From positions 128,001 through 192,000 of the forward strand of contig CAYJQI010000001.1 in assembly GCA_964372485.1 (NCBI GenBank): 64,000 nucleotides of DNA. The letters run 5' to 3'. Both the position numbers and the translations under genes were made by a program. Positions 55,700 to 61,161 of the stretch are shown in pieces; positions within the stretch are counted from its first letter, which is position 1, and each line of letters opens with the position of its first letter. Source of the DNA: an uncultured archaeon. Lineage in GTDB: Archaea > Aenigmatarchaeota > Aenigmatarchaeia > CG10238-14 > SCSR01. The notes beneath the pieces were generated by a model. That model was not told where the DNA came from and searched no databases. It saw only the letters and a program-made list of their open reading frames with translations.

Positions 55700-56644
55700 T
55701 TAAACTGCTTGATGAGAATTATTTTTCTTAAACCATTCAATTGTCGAGTCCAATCCTTGTTCAAAACTTACTGTAGGCTCCCATCCTAGTAATTTCTTTG
55801 CAAAAGAGTTATCACCACACATTCTCATAGAACCGGGAATTTGTTTATTCAAAACTGAGAGTGGTGCGTCAAACCTTTCAGATATTTGTTTGGCTATATC
55901 GATTACTTTTATCTCACGTCCATATCCTATGTTGATAGGTCCTCCAACAAAATCAGTTTGAGCAGCTTTGATCAACGCATCTACAGCATCGTTAACAAAA
56001 ACAAAATCTCTAGTAGGTTTGTCTGTCCATATTTCAAGTTTTTTGTCCTTCATTGCTTGAGTTATTACGGTTGGTATGAAGAATCCTTCATTTTGTCTTG
56101 GTCCGAATATGTTGAAAAATCTGAAGAAAACAATTGGCATGTTGTGCTCTCGTATAAAAGTCATGCACATGTCTTCACCTAATTTTTTGGAAACTCGATA
56201 AATGTCACCAGTCTTGTAAACATCAACCACTTGAGTAGGATGTTTCTCGTCTATCGGAAGGTATTTTGGTTCGCCGTAGATTAATGCGGTTGACGTGAAT
56301 ACCAATTTTTTCAGAGATGCAATTTTCACCGCAGATTTCAGAACATTATAAGTTCCTAAAACATTTACTTTGAATGCAACATCATATTGTTCATTACTAA
56401 TAGAAGGAGATGTATATGCCGCTAGATGGAATATGTAATCAAAATCTCCTGGAAGTATAAAGTTGTATTCGGTTATGTCTTGTTTGATAAAAGATACCTT
56501 ACCTTCAAGATGTTGGATATTTTTTCCAAACTCTACATCAAGTACACTTACATTTGCACCCAATTCGAGCATTTTTTCAGCTAAGTGACTTCCTATGAAA
56601 CCCGATCCTCCAGTTATCAAAACTTTTTTATTTTGCCAATCCAT
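55700..56644 (-). CDS. NDP-sugar 4,6-dehydratase/epimerase (extended SDR)
   Basis: 314 aa. KVLITGGSGFIGSHL with catalytic IYRVSKKLGE (YxxxK). Adjacent to the thymidylyltransferase. Confidence 0.8.
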   Translation of the reverse strand: MDWQNKKVLITGGSGFIGSHLAEKMLELGANVSVLDVEFGKNIQHLEGKVSFIKQDITEYNFILPGDFDYIFHLAAYTSPSISNEQYDVAFKVNVLGTYNVLKSAVKIASLKKLVFTSTALIYGEPKYLPIDEKHPTQVVDVYKTGDIYRVSKKLGEDMCMTFIREHNMPIVFFRFFNIFGPRQNEGFFIPTVITQAMKDKKLEIWTDKPTRDFVFVNDAVDALIKAAQTDFVGGPINIGYGREIKVIDIAKQISERFDAPLSVLNKQIPGSMRMCGDNSFAKKLLGWEPTVSFEQGLDSTIEWFKKNNSHQAV

Positions 56645-56666
56645 ATTTAACTCTCTACTTTATCTT

Positions 56667-57758
56667 TTAAATTTTTACGAATGAGTGCTCTCCAACAACA
56701 AGCTGAACTATTTTCGAGGGTGTTCCTGACGCTTCTGAAATATTAACATTCTTTCCTATCAAACTATCAACAATTCTTTGCTTGCAGTTTATTTTCGAAT
56801 CTCCAATAACGATGCTTGATTCAATTTCTGCATTTTCGATTGTCGTATTGTCTCCGATTGATGTGTAAGGTCCGATGTATGCCGTACTTTCAATCACACA
56901 ATTCTTTCCGATGGCAGCTGGCCCTCTTACAGATGCTCCTTTCTTTATTACAGAACCTTCGTCTACATTCACTTTACCAATTATTGTTGCACCATCTTCA
57001 ATTGTACCTTTGTTAGAAGGTTTTAATTCATCCAACAAGAGTCTGTTAGCTTCCAAAATGCCTGAAGGGTCTCCAGGATCTTTCCACCATTCTGCATCTA
57101 CAATTTCATGATGAACATTCTTCCCTCTATCAATAACACCTTGTACTGCATCTGTAATTTCATATTCGTTTCTTGCCGAAGGTTGGAGATTTTCTATTGA
57201 TTCGAAAATTGAATTATTGAACATGTATATCCCGACCATTGCCAGATCACTTGGAGGAATTCGTGGTTTTTCAACCAGTCTTACAAGTTTTCCGTCTTTT
57301 ATTTCAGCAACACCGAATCTGTTTGGATTCTGAATGCTTTTTAGTAAAATTACGCTGTCTATACTGGGATCGGAAAATTTCTCAAGATATTTTTTGATAC
57401 CGCCTTTCACTATATTGTCACCAAGATGAACAACAAATTTACCATCGTTATTGTTAGATGTGAGAAATTCCTTTGCAACTTTTACTGCATGAGCCAAACC
57501 TTTTGGTGCATCTTGTTCGATATAAGTAACTTTGATATTGAATTGAGACCCATTGCCTATTGCATCTTTTATTTCTTGTATTCGTTGAGGTGTATGTCCG
57601 ACTATGATTCCTATATCAGTAATTCCAGCTTCCTTTAGAGTTTCTATCGGATAGAACAACATTGGTTTATTTGCTAAAGGTATCAAGTGTTTGTTTGAAG
57701 TGTGTGTTATGGGCCTCAAACGTGTTCCATGCCCCCCTGCCAGTATCAAACCTTTCAT
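56667..57758 (-). CDS. glucose-1-phosphate thymidylyl/nucleotidyl-transferase, long form with a C-terminal left-handed beta-helix
   Basis: 363 aa. MKGLILAGGHGTRLRPITHTSNKHLIPLANKPML.. with C-terminal hexapeptide-like repeats (..IGDNTTIENAEIESSIVIGDSKI..). Confidence 0.85.
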   Translation of the reverse strand: MKGLILAGGHGTRLRPITHTSNKHLIPLANKPMLFYPIETLKEAGITDIGIIVGHTPQRIQEIKDAIGNGSQFNIKVTYIEQDAPKGLAHAVKVAKEFLTSNNNDGKFVVHLGDNIVKGGIKKYLEKFSDPSIDSVILLKSIQNPNRFGVAEIKDGKLVRLVEKPRIPPSDLAMVGIYMFNNSIFESIENLQPSARNEYEITDAVQGVIDRGKNVHHEIVDAEWWKDPGDPSGILEANRLLLDELKPSNKGTIEDGATIIGKVNVDEGSVIKKGASVRGPAAIGKNCVIESTAYIGPYTSIGDNTTIENAEIESSIVIGDSKINCKQRIVDSLIGKNVNISEASGTPSKIVQLVVGEHSFVKI

Positions 57759-57826
57759 GAAATCATCTCTTTAAATCCCACACTTTACATATAAGCGTTA
57801 ATTTATTAAAGGTAATTGTTGGTTTG

Positions 57827-58957
57827 ATGATACCGCTGTTTAGACCATGGGTTGGTAAGGAAGAAGCTGATGCTGTAGCCGAAGTTATAAATTCTGGATG
57901 GCTGGGAATGGGTCCGAAGACGCAGGAATTTGAAGAAAAGTTCGCCAAGTATGTGGGAAGTGACTATGCAATATCTTTGAATTCTGGAACTGCTGCTCTG
58001 GATATTGCGGTGAAGGCTTTGGGGGTAAATTCTGGTGAAATACTTGTTCCTTCATTGACTTTTGCTGCTACAGCGAATGTTGCTTTATACAATAATGCCA
58101 AACCCGTGTTTGTGGATATTGAAAAAGATACTAATTGCATGAGTGTGGAGGATTTGAAAAAGAAAATAACATCTAAGACGAAAGCAATTATTCCTGTGCA
58201 TTATGGTGGGCATCCATGCGATATGGATGAGATTATGGAAATAGCGAAATCGAAGAATATTCCTGTCATAGACGATGCTGCGCATGCTGCTGGAGCTGAG
58301 TATAAGAATCGTAAGATAGGATCTGTGGGGGATGTTACTTGTTTTAGTTTCCATCCTGTTAAAAATCTCGCCACAAATGATGGGGGGATGGTTACTACAA
58401 ATGATCAAAAGATTTATGAGAAAATTAAGAAGTTGAGATGGTTCTGCATAAACAAATCTACATTCGAAAGAGCTGAGACGAAGAAATATTCTTGGTATTA
58501 TGAGATTGATGGACTAGGTTACAAGTCACATATGAATGATGTCACTGCTGCGATTGGACTGATGCAGTTGAAGAAGCTGGATGAAGGGAATGAATTGAGA
58601 AGAAAAATTGTTGAAGAGTATATGAAAGCTTTCAAAGATCTTAATTGGATGGAATTACCAGTGGAGAAGACACATGTAAAGAGTTCATGGCATATGTTTG
58701 TGCCTAAAGTGGAGAATAGAGATGGATTGATAGAACATTTGACTGGGATGGATATATCTGCTGGAGTACATTACCTTCCACTGCATCTGCAACCATTCTT
58801 TAGTGGTCTTATCAAGAAGAATGAGATAAAAAATGCTGATGTTCCAGTGACAGATGAAGTTTGGAAGAAGATAATTACGTTACCCGTATTTCCGGGGTTG
58901 ATGAAAGATGATTTGCAGAAGGTAATTGATGCTGTTAGAACATTCTCATCGAGTTAG
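57827..58957 (+). CDS. DegT/DnrJ/EryC1-family PLP-dependent sugar aminotransferase
   Basis: About 376 aa from the ATG at 57827 (the track starts at TTG 57824). MIPLFRPWVGKEEADAVAEVINSGWLGMGPKTQEFEEKFAKYVG..; ..FSFHPVKNLATNDGG.. is the PLP-lysine region. Confidence 0.85.
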   Translation: MIPLFRPWVGKEEADAVAEVINSGWLGMGPKTQEFEEKFAKYVGSDYAISLNSGTAALDIAVKALGVNSGEILVPSLTFAATANVALYNNAKPVFVDIEKDTNCMSVEDLKKKITSKTKAIIPVHYGGHPCDMDEIMEIAKSKNIPVIDDAAHAAGAEYKNRKIGSVGDVTCFSFHPVKNLATNDGGMVTTNDQKIYEKIKKLRWFCINKSTFERAETKKYSWYYEIDGLGYKSHMNDVTAAIGLMQLKKLDEGNELRRKIVEEYMKAFKDLNWMELPVEKTHVKSSWHMFVPKVENRDGLIEHLTGMDISAGVHYLPLHLQPFFSGLIKKNEIKNADVPVTDEVWKKIITLPVFPGLMKDDLQKVIDAVRTFSSS

Positions 58958-59097
58958 ATACTAAATTTTATTCTTTTACCATAGTCTTTGATTATTTTTT
59001 TGACAGCTTGCTTCTTATTTCGCAATTTATAAAAAATTTTTACAAGATTAACTATTCTACTTTCCTCATCGTCCAAGTCAAATTGCATTTTTGACAT
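58954..59097 (-). CDS. small ORF, 47 aa, ribbon-helix-helix-like (below the ORF-track cutoff)
   Basis: My translation is MSKMQFDLDDEESRIVNLVKIFYKLRNKKQAVKKIIKDYGKRIKFSI*. It looks like a short beta strand followed by two basic helices, like CopG/antitoxin-type small archaeal proteins. Divergent from the LamG/Rhs gene pair. Confidence 0.35.
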   Translation of the reverse strand: MSKMQFDLDDEESRIVNLVKIFYKLRNKKQAVKKIIKDYGKRIKFSI

Positions 59098-59120
59098 AAT
59101 AATAAATAGCATTTTATATT

Positions 59121-59171
59121 AAAAAGATATCTTTAAATATAAATAATATCTAAAAGATACTTAAAGATATA
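59121..59171 (+). promoter_or_regulatory. candidate promoter/operator upstream of the LamG-Rhs gene pair
   Basis: Three copies of AAAGATA(T/C) at 59123-30, 59153-60 and 59163-70. The first lies in the perfect palindrome AAAGATATCTTT. TATA-like TTTAAATATAAATA lies between copies. Confidence 0.25.
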
Positions 59172-61154
59172 ATGAAAGCTGTCGTAAAAGTAAGCCTTAT
59201 TGCTCTAGCGGTTGCTTTTTTAGTGATTTCTTTAGGATTTATCATACCATTTCTTTCAGAATCGACTATAGCAGATGGAATGCAGGCTGGAACTGAGAAT
59301 TTTAAAATAACATATAATGTCATAACAGAAGACGTGACAGGTACTGGGATAGTTTATACGCCTCAATGTTTCGAATGTCATCTACCAATTAATTTTTCTT
59401 ACTCTGGTTCCACTGCTCCAGACTCTGTGAATATTCCTCTTTCAAAGTTCACTCATACCTGGAATAAAATTAATCAAAGCGATGACATCAGCTTAACTGG
59501 GATAAGTATTTTGGTGAACAAAACATTTGTGAGTGAGTTCAATAACATAACAACCATATGTGAAAATCAGACTGCTGTCAATGAAACTAATTATAGCGAA
59601 TGTGTATATGAAAACAATCCATATCAAGTTCAGGGATGGAGATGGGAATGGGAATCTTTATCATCCGATTTGACTTTTGAGAAAAATAAATGGTATGTAA
59701 TCGATTATATTGCAGAAAGAACTCCGAGACTTGGTGGTTATGCGTCGGATCTTATACCCAGCATAAACTCCGTAGAGCTTAGTAATTTAGCATGGTTTAA
59801 TTCAAGTTACCATCAAAGAACAAATTTCACAGTTTTTGTACCTTCTAGTACTATAGCATATATTTCAGCAAATACGACAGTAGTGATCCCTATAAACTGG
59901 GATACTGCTACGGAAATTTCGGAAGGTCAGCTTAATAGTAATGGTTCGGATTTAACTATTGTAAATCAAAACAATACTCAGCTCAGTTGGACATGGTGTG
60001 AATATGGAAATCCAACATATGGAATAAATAAAGCGAATACTTGCATATTTGTTAAGGATGTGTTAAGAACAGACAACACAACTGTGATATCTTTCTACCA
60101 TGATAACCCAAACGACAATGTATTTGCTAATTCATCATTTAACAATACATTTTCGCTAAGAAACACCGTAAATCTAGTATCATTGATATATGGTGGGACA
60201 AATGGTACCCACATACCAGACAGAGAAGAAGATACCAGATGGGGTGGTGGAATATTCTCGAAAAGTGCGGGAAGCAATGTTAATAATGCGACTGGACTAA
60301 AGGTAACTGGTATTAATGTCACTGCCGGAACTACTACATATTTCATATCAAACGAAAGTGCAACATTCCCAAATAGTCCAATTAGTTTATATTACTGGTA
60401 TAGAACTCCGGCGAATGCCATAACAGCTTCGGCATATATTCTCACCACCACGGGGGAATCCTTCGGTGTGAGAACCAATGTAGCTGGCCAACCTATATAC
60501 TATTCATCCTCTTCTGCAACATCCTTGGGAAGCCAAACTACAAGTCAATGGTACTTTGGTGCTGTTCGCGATGATTCAGCAAATGGAATACGACTATCAG
60601 GGTTCGCAGATAATAGTTTTATCGGTTCGACAACGACGTCTGGAACAAATGGACATGGTGGACAGGTAATATTATTCGCTAAATCCGGTGGAACATTTGA
60701 TTTTTCAGGAATATTACAAATTTTAGCTATCTACAATGGTACTTTAACTGATAATGAAGTGAATGCGACATGGGCAGTGTGGAGCAATAATTCGCTTGTG
60801 GTAAAACAAGGTGAAGAAAATGTGGGGGTTTCCATAGGCGCGAATGAAACGGTCGGAAGGTCCGCAATTGAACAAGGTATAGGAAATTCTTCTATATCAG
60901 GAACTACAATCTACACAGATCAGCAAATTTATGTAAGATATGTAAATACAACCCAACAATTGGCGAGGTTTGACAAAGTAACCAAGTTCGGAAATCAAAT
61001 CTGGGCGTTCAACTATTTTTACAACACTAGTTCTTCTTTCACAAATATGCAGAATATAACACCATCGCTTTACATTCTGGAAATTGCAAATATGAGCGAA
61101 GCCTCTCTAAGAACTAGAATATCAACATTTATCAATCAGACAAATGTTTCATGA
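59172..61154 (+). CDS. secreted/anchored LamG (concanavalin A-like) domain protein, extremely rich in N-glycosylation sequons
   Basis: 660 aa. N-terminal hydrophobic helix VSLIALAVAFLVISLGFIIPF. ..SQWYFGAVRDD..IRLSGFADNSFIG..ILQILAIYNGTLTDNEVNATW is the LamG_3-type pattern. About 30 N-x-S/T sites counted by eye. Confidence 0.65.
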   Translation: MKAVVKVSLIALAVAFLVISLGFIIPFLSESTIADGMQAGTENFKITYNVITEDVTGTGIVYTPQCFECHLPINFSYSGSTAPDSVNIPLSKFTHTWNKINQSDDISLTGISILVNKTFVSEFNNITTICENQTAVNETNYSECVYENNPYQVQGWRWEWESLSSDLTFEKNKWYVIDYIAERTPRLGGYASDLIPSINSVELSNLAWFNSSYHQRTNFTVFVPSSTIAYISANTTVVIPINWDTATEISEGQLNSNGSDLTIVNQNNTQLSWTWCEYGNPTYGINKANTCIFVKDVLRTDNTTVISFYHDNPNDNVFANSSFNNTFSLRNTVNLVSLIYGGTNGTHIPDREEDTRWGGGIFSKSAGSNVNNATGLKVTGINVTAGTTTYFISNESATFPNSPISLYYWYRTPANAITASAYILTTTGESFGVRTNVAGQPIYYSSSSATSLGSQTTSQWYFGAVRDDSANGIRLSGFADNSFIGSTTTSGTNGHGGQVILFAKSGGTFDFSGILQILAIYNGTLTDNEVNATWAVWSNNSLVVKQGEENVGVSIGANETVGRSAIEQGIGNSSISGTTIYTDQQIYVRYVNTTQQLARFDKVTKFGNQIWAFNYFYNTSSSFTNMQNITPSLYILEIANMSEASLRTRISTFINQTNVS

Positions 61155-61161
61155 TGGTGAC

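Noticed and set aside
55669-55764. N-terminal 32-codon extension of the C-methyltransferase ORF given in the track (start 55764)
   Set aside because: The extension overlaps the upstream SDR gene by 65 nt and encodes no recognisable sequence. The family-typical zinc ribbon begins exactly at the internal Met (MKCEICSS, start 55668).
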